From: a virus
Lineage: Duplodnaviria; Caudoviricetes
DNA: 32,779 bases
Direction: 5' to 3' (one strand)
Virus record (IMG/VR): IMGVR_UViG_3300043478_000008
Span: 1 to 32,779 of that record
Notes under the pieces: model-generated
Told to the model about the DNA's origin: nothing
Database searches by the model: none
The model's input: only the letters and a program-made list of their open reading frames with translations
In this document: one piece after another, positions 18,908-25,195 of the stretch
Layout of the letters: the number at the start of each line of letters is the position of its first letter
Numbering within the stretch: position 1 is the stretch's first letter
Translations under genes and position numbers: made by a program

Positions 18908-20079
18908 TGGAGGTTTATATTCTAGACGAGCTAAATCGTCGAGTCAAGGTGGTGGATAGTTTCGCGTCGCTTATTTGGGCTGATCGTATGACCGACTTGA
19001 GCGATTTCGAGATGGAGATATTCTCTAGCGATAAAGCAAGAAAGATCATGCCGATTGGGGCTCAAATAGCACTAAACGGGTCTTATCGTGTCATGACTAT
19101 CGAGACCATCCAGGATACGACAAATGACGACGGAATCTCAGTCTTAAAACTCAAGGGTCGATCTCTTGAGAAAATTCTTGGTGATCGAGCGGCTTTGGCT
19201 TCCCTAGCAGATACCACGTCGACCCCCAAGTGGGTGATCACAGGACTTCCTGCTGCCATTGCTCGACAGATGTTCCATGATATTTGTGTGACAGGAACCA
19301 TCGATGCAGGCGATATCATACCTGATATTATTGAGGGTACGTTTCTCCCCACATCCATGATCCCTGAACCTGCAGATACCATTACCTACGAGATAGAGCC
19401 TTCTTCGCTATATTCAGCCCTCAAGACTTTGTGTGATCAGTATTTCATGGGCTTTCGGATCCTAAGAAACCCGGATACTGCTGATCTATATTTTGAGGTC
19501 TTCATGGGCAATGATCGTACTACGTCTCAGACAACGTTCCCCGCAGTTGTATTCAGCCCCAACATGGGGAACTTGGCAAACACGTCTGAGCTGACGTCCA
19601 TAGCTCTGTCCAAGAACGTGGCGTACGTAATCTCTCCAGTTGGAGCAGAGGTCGTCTATCCACTCGACGTCGACCCCAGCGTGAACGGATTCAAACGTAA
19701 TGCCCTTATCGTGAACGCCACTGACATCACCGAGACAGATCCGCCTACCGCAACAGCCTTGATGATCCAAAGAGGGCTGCAAGAGCTCTCCAAGAATCGA
19801 ACGGTATCTGCATTCGATGGTGAGCTGAGCGCGAGCAGTGGATACGTAGTCAATGAGGATTTCTATCTCGGCGATTTGGTCGAGTTCAGAAGTCCTACAG
19901 GATCTAAAGACGTTATGCAAGTAACAGAACTGATTCACGTCTCGGACAGGAACGGCGAACGTCACTATCCGACACTGAGTCTGTACAGTTTCTTCAATGC
20001 AGAGTCTTGGAATGCTCAGCCGGCTGCTCTTACGTGGAATACGGTTGACCCTGATGTTACTTGGAATGCCTACACATAA
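18907..20079 (+). CDS. Minor tail / baseplate hub protein (ReqiPepy6 Gp37-like)
   Basis: SLIW.DR....DFE, GRSLE.IL..R and DFYLGDLVE motifs; follows Dit. Confidence 0.8.
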   Translation: MEVYILDELNRRVKVVDSFASLIWADRMTDLSDFEMEIFSSDKARKIMPIGAQIALNGSYRVMTIETIQDTTNDDGISVLKLKGRSLEKILGDRAALASLADTTSTPKWVITGLPAAIARQMFHDICVTGTIDAGDIIPDIIEGTFLPTSMIPEPADTITYEIEPSSLYSALKTLCDQYFMGFRILRNPDTADLYFEVFMGNDRTTSQTTFPAVVFSPNMGNLANTSELTSIALSKNVAYVISPVGAEVVYPLDVDPSVNGFKRNALIVNATDITETDPPTATALMIQRGLQELSKNRTVSAFDGELSASSGYVVNEDFYLGDLVEFRSPTGSKDVMQVTELIHVSDRNGERHYPTLSLYSFFNAESWNAQPAALTWNTVDPDVTWNAYT

Positions 20080-20094
20080 CGAGGGAGGTTAGAC

Positions 20095-20334
20095 ATGGCA
20101 ATTGGCGACGATGCAGTTTTAGCCGGATATCCGCTTGTTGATGGAGATACGGACAAGGTCATCGACGGTGACCAGGAGATTAACCGAACCCGAGATTTCG
20201 TAGCGCAGGTCAAGTTCCAGATTCCGGTAGGTAAAACTGCATATCGAGGAGCTGTGGGAATTACTTCCGGGACCCTGGATCCTGACGACGACGATGGTAG
20301 CGATGGCGATATTTACTTCAAAGTAATTCTCTAG
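20095..20334 (+). CDS. Small tail-tip protein
   Basis: SD GGGAGG; 79 aa ending ITSGT.DP....G.DGDIYFKV. Confidence 0.65.
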   Translation: MAIGDDAVLAGYPLVDGDTDKVIDGDQEINRTRDFVAQVKFQIPVGKTAYRGAVGITSGTLDPDDDDGSDGDIYFKVIL

Positions 20335-20344
20335 GAGGTAGCCA

Positions 20345-21421
20345 ATGCCTCGAATTATGGGAAGCGCGAACAACGGCTCGTTCCTTTACATCGACTATAG
20401 TTACTCTCAGAATGTTGCGGGTAACTATACCGATGTGACTTGGACCGCCGGCGTTCACTGGGGTACATATTACTTCAACATCCACAACGCGATCGTCAAC
20501 ATGGCCACGACAACCGGGGCTAGTGTCAGCGGCACAGTAACTACGGGCACCTACAACTCAGGATGGCCGATATCTGGCTCTGGCCCAAATCGCGATCACT
20601 CATTCAAGACAGGTACGACTCGGGTAAACCACAACGCATCAACCGGCGTTGGTAATATTCGCTTCTCAGGAAGCGCCTTCTGGGATACTCCGAGTAACTT
20701 CACGTCGACTATGTCGGCAATAGTTACCCTGCCGACGATCCCGAGAGCCAAGCCAGCTCCGAGTCGACCCGTCCTTTCTGCTATCACGTCTTCGTCTATA
20801 TTTGCGACGTTTACCGACGGAAGTGGTGGAGCTCCCACTGATGCTCGACAGTTGGCCTATAACACGACCAACTCCACTACTGGGGCTACCATCATATCTT
20901 CTGATGGCTCTACGACCATCTCAGGGCTCGCACCGGGTACTGCATACTGGGTCTTCGCGCGTACTCACAACTCGGTTGGATACAGCGCATGGAGTCCCTC
21001 GGCGACGGCTACTACACTCAGGACACCTACTCCTCCAGCTCCACCGATCATATCCTCGATAACTCAGACTTCTGTCGTGCTGTTGTGGAACATCCCTGCA
21101 AATGGCGGATCTCCGATCACGGGGTATGAGGTCGGGTATGGTACGAGTTCGGTAACCCCGTCGACGATTGTTTCTGGGTCCTCGCCCAAGACAATTACGG
21201 GCCTTAATCCTGGGACTAAGTATTTCTTCTGGGTAAGGGCTTCGAACTCGATCGGGACAAGTGCCTGGTCTAATGTGAGTTCGGCTTCAACACTGTCAGC
21301 CGCTAGAATCAAATTTAGCGGCGTTTGGAAGAATGCGATTCCCTACGTTAAAGTTGCTGGGGTATGGAAGCAAGCTCGCCCTTGGGTTAAGATAGGCGGA
21401 GTTTGGAAGGAGGCTAGCTAA
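20345..21421 (+). CDS. Fibronectin type III-containing tail/receptor-binding protein
   Basis: Two FN3 domains (SGLAPGTAYWVFART.N.VG.S.WS and TGLNPGTKYFFWVRA.N.IG.S.WS) and three C-terminal K..GVWK repeats. Confidence 0.85.
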   Translation: MPRIMGSANNGSFLYIDYSYSQNVAGNYTDVTWTAGVHWGTYYFNIHNAIVNMATTTGASVSGTVTTGTYNSGWPISGSGPNRDHSFKTGTTRVNHNASTGVGNIRFSGSAFWDTPSNFTSTMSAIVTLPTIPRAKPAPSRPVLSAITSSSIFATFTDGSGGAPTDARQLAYNTTNSTTGATIISSDGSTTISGLAPGTAYWVFARTHNSVGYSAWSPSATATTLRTPTPPAPPIISSITQTSVVLLWNIPANGGSPITGYEVGYGTSSVTPSTIVSGSSPKTITGLNPGTKYFFWVRASNSIGTSAWSNVSSASTLSAARIKFSGVWKNAIPYVKVAGVWKQARPWVKIGGVWKEAS

Positions 21422-21423
21422 TC

Positions 21424-21777
21424 ATGCTGGACGGCATCCCTGTTGACAAGTTATCTGCGCCATTCTTGCTACTTCTTGCCGTCCTCATGATTCTACTTGG
21501 TCTTCTGGTGCCTAGATGGCTGTATAAAGCTAAAGAGAAGGAAGCCGAAAACTGGCGGCTCGCATACGAAGCTGAGAGAAAGGCTCGTTTGACATCTGAC
21601 GCTCAGACGGCCGAACTTCTTGAGCTCGCCAAAACATCCAATAACGTCCTTCAAGCAATGTTCGGCACTTCCGGACTTGGTAAGAGGACGGGAGGTAACC
21701 AGTGGGAATCTGGAGGCGTAACAAGAAGGCCCTTGAGGAGTCGGAGAACGCTCTGGCAAACACTCAGAGGGACTTAG
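21424..21777 (+). CDS. Membrane protein (lysis region)
   Basis: N-terminal TM segment FLLLLAVLMILLGLLVP followed by a coiled coil. Confidence 0.7.
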   Translation: MLDGIPVDKLSAPFLLLLAVLMILLGLLVPRWLYKAKEKEAENWRLAYEAERKARLTSDAQTAELLELAKTSNNVLQAMFGTSGLGKRTGGNQWESGGVTRRPLRSRRTLWQTLRGT

Positions 21778-21896
21778 AAGACATAGTGGCAAGAGGACCA
21801 GAGGTAAGCTCGATTTCGAACTCCTTGCGGGCTCTCCGAGAACGAAATCATTTTGGTCAACAGTTAGACAACATAATCAGACATGGAGGGCCCTGA
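21702..21896 (+). CDS. Small coiled-coil protein (lysis region)
   Basis: SD GGGAGG before GTG; LRERNHFG motif; overlaps the upstream ORF. Confidence 0.65.
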   Translation: MGIWRRNKKALEESENALANTQRDLEDIVARGPEVSSISNSLRALRERNHFGQQLDNIIRHGGP

Positions 21897-21897
21897 A

Positions 21898-22218
21898 ATG
21901 TCACATGACGTCGAGACCCTGCGCAGGTGGCTTTTCATCGTTGTGGTAATTGCTGGCGTGGGCGCCACGTCAGTCCCACTTCTATATTCGTTCACTGGAT
22001 GGCGAAAGAGTCGGCTTGGAAAGCTGTTTATGTTCAAGTCTCTTGCGTTCGCCACTCTAGTGAATCTTTTCGTTCTGTTCAAATTCTGGAAACCGAGCAT
22101 CGTAGTCATAGTTCTGTTTTATGCCATTGTTTTTACGGCCATTGCCACATTTTCGATTGGGATGTCAATCTACATATTTAGAGTGAATTGGCTTGGTCGA
22201 AAGGAGAGATCTCGATGA
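21898..22218 (+). CDS. Three-TM membrane protein, putative holin-like
   Basis: SD GGAGG before ATG 21898; three hydrophobic segments; W..S.LGK motif. Confidence 0.7.
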   Translation: MSHDVETLRRWLFIVVVIAGVGATSVPLLYSFTGWRKSRLGKLFMFKSLAFATLVNLFVLFKFWKPSIVVIVLFYAIVFTAIATFSIGMSIYIFRVNWLGRKERSR

Positions 22219-22571
22219 ATAGCAAGACGTACGATAGGCTCAAGCAGGTGGCTCAGATCTGGCTACCTGGTCTCGGTACCCTATATTTCACGATGGCCAA
22301 CCTCTGGAATCTACCGGCCTCCGAAGAGATCGTAGGTTCGATCGTAGCCATTGATGCATTTCTAGGTCTCGTGCTCCACATCAGCACGCAAGGCTACAAC
22401 GCAATTGGTCAGTACGACGGGACCTGCCACGTAATGACGTCTGAGGACGGAACCAAGAAAACGTTCCAGCTTGTGATGAACGACGACCCATCTGGAGAGG
22501 GTTTCGAGAACAAACCCTCCATATCCTTCAAGATCAGTAATCAGGCTCCTAACGAGGGTGTCGCAGGCTAA
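22215..22571 (+). CDS. Holin (Dp-1-like)
   Basis: KTYDRLKQVAQIWLPGLGTLY...W.LP...IVG.I.AID.FLG.VL.IST..Y; ATGA overlap; SD AAGGAG. Confidence 0.8.
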   Translation: MNSKTYDRLKQVAQIWLPGLGTLYFTMANLWNLPASEEIVGSIVAIDAFLGLVLHISTQGYNAIGQYDGTCHVMTSEDGTKKTFQLVMNDDPSGEGFENKPSISFKISNQAPNEGVAG

Positions 22572-22592
22572 ACACGGCCTATAATGAGACCC
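22561..22592 (+). promoter_or_regulatory. Conserved promoter-like repeat, copy 1
   Basis: TCGC aggct AAACA cggcc TATAAT GAGACCC, followed by SD TAAGGAGA. Confidence 0.85.
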
Positions 22593-22607
22593 TACCTAAG
22601 GAGAACT

Positions 22608-22898
22608 ATGTTCCACTTCCGGAAAGATTCCGAACCGTCCCAGCTCAAAGCGCTGATCGACGTGCACACCCGCGAACTAATCAACAATAACTACGACTCC
22701 GATGAATACGCGCGCCGTGTTGACCAGCTGTCCAAGCTCTGCAAGATGCAGGAGACCATATCTCCTACGCGTCGTGTTAGTGCGGACACCCTGGCCATCA
22801 TCGGTGCGAACCTCCTCGGCATCTTGGTCATCGTTGGATACGAGCACATGCACACGATCACCTCCAAGGCCATCGGCTTCGTCGTCAAGCCGAAGTAA
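22608..22898 (+). CDS. Cassette 1 small membrane protein (96 aa)
   Basis: SD then ATG 22608; TM segment TLAIIGANLLGILVIVGY. Confidence 0.8.
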   Translation: MFHFRKDSEPSQLKALIDVHTRELINNNYDSDEYARRVDQLSKLCKMQETISPTRRVSADTLAIIGANLLGILVIVGYEHMHTITSKAIGFVVKPK

Positions 22899-22920
22899 CA
22901 CAGAACCCAAAGAAGATTTC

Positions 22921-22963
22921 GCGTATACGCCGTCAGGAAACCCCTGCGCGGCGTATACGTTTT
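22921..22963 (+). terminator. Intrinsic terminator after cassette 1
   Basis: GCGTATACGCCG / CGGCGTATACGT arms with inner CAGG/CCTG, then a short T run. Confidence 0.65.
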
Positions 22964-22983
22964 ACACGGCTTATATTTTTGTC

Positions 22984-23015
22984 TCGCGTAGAATACAGGG
23001 CCTATAATGAGACCC
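22984..23015 (+). promoter_or_regulatory. Conserved promoter-like repeat, copy 2
   Basis: TCGC gtaga ATACA gggcc TATAAT GAGACCC. Confidence 0.85.
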
Positions 23016-23035
23016 ACTACTTAAGGAGACCCGAA

Positions 23036-23263
23036 ATGTTCGGACGCCGACTTGCCGTGACCCTCGTCCCCTCTTCCAAGAAAACCCCCACCAACCCCGA
23101 GACTGCCGTCAAGGAGCCCATCGACATCGAGAACCTCGTTCTCACCCTCGAAGGCTCCGCCATGCGCGTGATCACCTGTGTTGCGTACGCGGGCGTCTTG
23201 GTAATAGCGGCGAGGACCATGGGCAGCATCTGCGATACCGTCGTCAAATCCGTCTACAAGTAG
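23036..23263 (+). CDS. Cassette 2 small hydrophobic protein (75 aa)
   Basis: SD TAAGGAGA, ATG 23036; hydrophobic VITCVAYAGVLVIAA. Confidence 0.75.
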   Translation: MFGRRLAVTLVPSSKKTPTNPETAVKEPIDIENLVLTLEGSAMRVITCVAYAGVLVIAARTMGSICDTVVKSVYK

Positions 23264-23268
23264 ATCTG

Positions 23269-23300
23269 AAGCCTATATCCTTACAAGGGATTTAGGTTTT
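23269..23300 (+). terminator. Intrinsic terminator after cassette 2
   Basis: AAGCCTATATCC...GGATTTAGGTTTT. Confidence 0.75.
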
Positions 23301-23340
23301 CCGACCAAAAATTTCCCGGGTGGGATTTTTGGTAGAAAGG

Positions 23341-23372
23341 TCGCAGAGAAAACATGCCCTATAATGAGACCC
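23341..23372 (+). promoter_or_regulatory. Conserved promoter-like repeat, copy 3
   Basis: TCGC agaga AAACA N5 TATAAT GAGACCC. Confidence 0.85.
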
Positions 23373-23390
23373 CTACCTAAGGAGATTCCA

Positions 23391-23558
23391 ATGATCAAGG
23401 CCCTTGCCCCCGTCAAGAACTTCGTTTCGAAGCACCGCGTTGCGGTTGCGGTCGTCGCCACCTCCTCGGTGTTCGTCGCCCTCAACCTCCGCAACGCCAA
23501 GCTGCTGAACGAGTTCCTCACGGAGCACAACCTAGTCGAAGAATACTACTCGGAGTGA
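23391..23558 (+). CDS. Cassette 3 small membrane protein (55 aa)
   Basis: SD TAAGGAGA, ATG 23391; TM segment VAVAVVATSSVFVAL. Confidence 0.8.
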   Translation: MIKALAPVKNFVSKHRVAVAVVATSSVFVALNLRNAKLLNEFLTEHNLVEEYYSE

Positions 23559-23563
23559 ATCAC

Positions 23564-23594
23564 AAACCTAGTCCCAACACGGGATTTAGGTTTT
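23564..23594 (+). terminator. Intrinsic terminator after cassette 3
   Basis: AAACCTAGTCCC aacac GGGATTTAGGTTTT. Confidence 0.8.
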
Positions 23595-23596
23595 CC

Positions 23597-23628
23597 TCGC
23601 GTAGAAAACAGGGCCTATAATGAGACCC
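23597..23628 (+). promoter_or_regulatory. Conserved promoter-like repeat, copy 4
   Basis: TCGC gtaga AAACA gggcc TATAAT GAGACCC. Confidence 0.85.
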
Positions 23629-23645
23629 CTACGAAAGGATCAGCC

Positions 23646-23816
23646 ATGATTAACTTCGAAAACCTCCACAAGAACCACAAGCTCGCCTACATCGACGGAC
23701 TCCTCTGTGGCATCGTCGGCACCGTAATTGCCGTGCAGATGCTCCAGGAGTACCGCGACAACCGCGAACTTCGACTCTTGATGAAGGAAAACAAGAAGCT
23801 CAAGCCGACCAAGTAG
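23646..23816 (+). CDS. Cassette 4 small membrane protein (56 aa, not in ORF track)
   Basis: SD AAAGGA; MINFENLHKNHKLAYIDGLLCGIVGTVIAVQMLQEYRDNRELRLLMKENKKLKPTK-TAG. Confidence 0.8.
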   Translation: MINFENLHKNHKLAYIDGLLCGIVGTVIAVQMLQEYRDNRELRLLMKENKKLKPTK

Positions 23817-23821
23817 ATCTG

Positions 23822-23851
23822 AGACCTAGCCACCCATGTGGTATAGGTTTT
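23822..23851 (+). terminator. Intrinsic terminator after cassette 4
   Basis: AGACCTAGCCAC ccat GTGGTATAGGTTTT. Confidence 0.75.
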
Positions 23852-23855
23852 ATAT

Positions 23856-23887
23856 TCGCAGAATAAACATGGGCTATAATGAGACCC
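23856..23887 (+). promoter_or_regulatory. Conserved promoter-like repeat, copy 5
   Basis: TCGC agaat AAACA tgggc TATAAT GAGACCC. Confidence 0.85.
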
Positions 23888-23905
23888 CTCACTAAGGAGA
23901 ACCCC

Positions 23906-24076
23906 ATGAACCAGTTCCTCGCCAACCTCAAGCGTTCCGCTATTGAGAACCCCGTCCCCACCATCGCCGTCATCGCCGTTGCAGTTACCGCTGCAGCCAA
24001 GCTGATCGACGCCGCTGGTCACGCCCGTGGTTCCAACGCGTACGCCAAGCAGGTTAACGCCAAACTGAAGAAGTAA
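23906..24076 (+). CDS. Cassette 5 small membrane protein (56 aa)
   Basis: SD TAAGGAGA, ATG 23906; TM segment PVPTIAVIAVAVTAAAKLI. Confidence 0.8.
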   Translation: MNQFLANLKRSAIENPVPTIAVIAVAVTAAAKLIDAAGHARGSNAYAKQVNAKLKK

Positions 24077-24092
24077 CTCCCATCCAGACCTC

Positions 24093-24127
24093 AAAACCTA
24101 AACCCCTTACCCAGGGCTATAGGTTTT
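24093..24127 (+). terminator. Intrinsic terminator after cassette 5
   Basis: AAAACCTAAACCC...GGGCTATAGGTTTT. Confidence 0.75.
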
Positions 24128-24130
24128 GTC

Positions 24131-24156
24131 TCGCGAGGAAAACATGCCTTATAATG
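24131..24156 (+). promoter_or_regulatory. Conserved promoter-like repeat, copy 6 (lacks GAGACCC and SD)
   Basis: TCGC gagga AAACA tgcct TATAAT G. Confidence 0.8.
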
Positions 24157-24324
24157 GAAGAACAGGTAAACTGCTACGAGAATTTCGATATTCTCCCCGA
24201 AAGGGAAAGGAGTGTAGCCACTAGTAATAGTGCTGATTCTTCCAGAAAAGGTACCACTCATTGGTAGCTGGTTCAAAGAGTGATTCGACAAGAAGATCGA
24301 CATTGAAGCTCGCCTTTTCATTTT
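24156..24324 (+). ncRNA. Candidate structured ncRNA occupying cassette slot 6
   Basis: No SD or credible ORF. Stems GGAAGAA/TTCTTCC, GCTAC/GTAGC, GAGAAT/ATTCTC, CCC-GAAA-GGG and CACTA-GTAA-TAGTG; second domain closed by GAAAAGGT/GCCTTTTC, then a T tract. Confidence 0.7.
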
Positions 24325-24327
24325 GCC

Positions 24328-24359
24328 TCGCAGAATAAACATGCCCTATAATGAGACCC
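24328..24359 (+). promoter_or_regulatory. Conserved promoter-like repeat, copy 7
   Basis: TCGC agaat AAACA tgccc TATAAT GAGACCC. Confidence 0.85.
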
Positions 24360-24377
24360 CTAACTAAGGAGAATACA

Positions 24378-24548
24378 ATGGACCAGAACGCCACCCTTCC
24401 CGAGATCACCGGTTCCACCACCATGCACTACATCAAGGTAGCCGTCCGCGCATTCGCGCCGGTCGCGGTCACCCTTGGCGTCGGCGTGGCGTGCGGGATC
24501 CTAATCGAGAAGATGAAGAACAAGTCCGGCGACAACACCGAAGCCTGA
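24378..24548 (+). CDS. Cassette 7 small membrane protein (56 aa)
   Basis: SD TAAGGAGA, ATG 24378; TM segment AFAPVAVTLGVGVACGILI. Confidence 0.8.
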   Translation: MDQNATLPEITGSTTMHYIKVAVRAFAPVAVTLGVGVACGILIEKMKNKSGDNTEA

Positions 24549-24555
24549 ACATCTC

Positions 24556-24595
24556 AGCCCATAAGGCCCTAACCCGGCTTATGGGTTTTGTTTTT
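24556..24595 (+). terminator. Intrinsic terminator after cassette 7
   Basis: AGCCCATAAG...CTTATGGGTT followed by TTGTTTTT. Confidence 0.85.
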
Positions 24596-24645
24596 ATGCT
24601 CCGAGAGAACGCGTCTCTCGGTTGAAAGGAAGAAGGTACGCCGCA

Positions 24646-25068
24646 ATGCGCAAGAAGGTCGTCGCTCTATTCGCGGTAATCGCCCTGGCACTTGGTATGG
24701 TGGCCGCTACGGCGGCGCCAGCCATGGCTTCGGGTTGTCGGATCCAGTCTCTGTCCTGGGCGGGGCACACAACCCACAGTGGCAGTCTGGTGTGGGGTTA
24801 CAGCCCCATCTACACCAAGCCCGCTCCGGGATGCAACGACATCCAGGTTCGCAACATGCACGATCTCTCGGGTGGCTCCACCTGGACGACCGTGCAGATC
24901 GAGTGGCTGACCCCCAGCGGTGCCCACACGGGCTGGGGTACGGCCTACAATGTGATCCTCGATCAGTCGCCCTGGAAGATCGTAGCCACCGGCGTGATCG
25001 CCGGCACCAAGTACCGAGTCTGGAACCAGGACGACGGGTATCTGTACTCCGGCCAGGTAATGGACTAA
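24646..25068 (+). CDS. Secreted protein with Sec signal peptide (140 aa)
   Basis: MRKKVVALFAVIALALGMVAATAAPAMA then a Trp-rich beta-type mature region with two Cys; visibly GC-richer codons than its neighbours. Confidence 0.8.
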   Translation: MRKKVVALFAVIALALGMVAATAAPAMASGCRIQSLSWAGHTTHSGSLVWGYSPIYTKPAPGCNDIQVRNMHDLSGGSTWTTVQIEWLTPSGAHTGWGTAYNVILDQSPWKIVATGVIAGTKYRVWNQDDGYLYSGQVMD

Positions 25069-25074
25069 CCTGAG

Positions 25075-25156
25075 AGATCCCACTCCGGATCGAACGCCGT
25101 GCTAGTTGCTGTCATTAGGCGGTGGTTGGCACGCAGCAAGATCCGGAGTGGGATCT
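25075..25156 (+). other. Long RNA hairpin: 17-bp perfect stem, 6x6 internal loop, 16-bp G:U-rich stem
   Basis: AGATCCCACTCCGGATC (25075-25091) / GATCCGGAGTGGGATCT (25140-25156); inner 25098-25113 pairs with 25118-25133. Confidence 0.8.
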
Positions 25157-25195
25157 GTACGGTTATATCCAAGCTTCGCATAGAAAGGAAGACCA

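Noticed and set aside
24156-24324. tRNA, hammerhead, twister, pistol or c-di-GMP riboswitch assignment for the ncRNA
   Set aside because: No cloverleaf or anticodon arm, no CUGANGA core, and no recognisable consensus by eye. Left unclassified pending cmscan.
22584-24351. MRP... starts in the ORF track (22584, 23364, 23879, 24351)
   Set aside because: The ATG is part of the TATAATGAGACCC motif. The SD-supported starts lie 24-27 nt downstream, and the motif ATG does not lead into the payload in every copy (e.g. copy 4 is out of frame).
22561-24595. CRISPR array interpretation of the repeats
   Set aside because: Repeats are degenerate, inter-repeat segments are about 170-400 nt and contain SD-led ORFs and terminators, and no cas genes are present.
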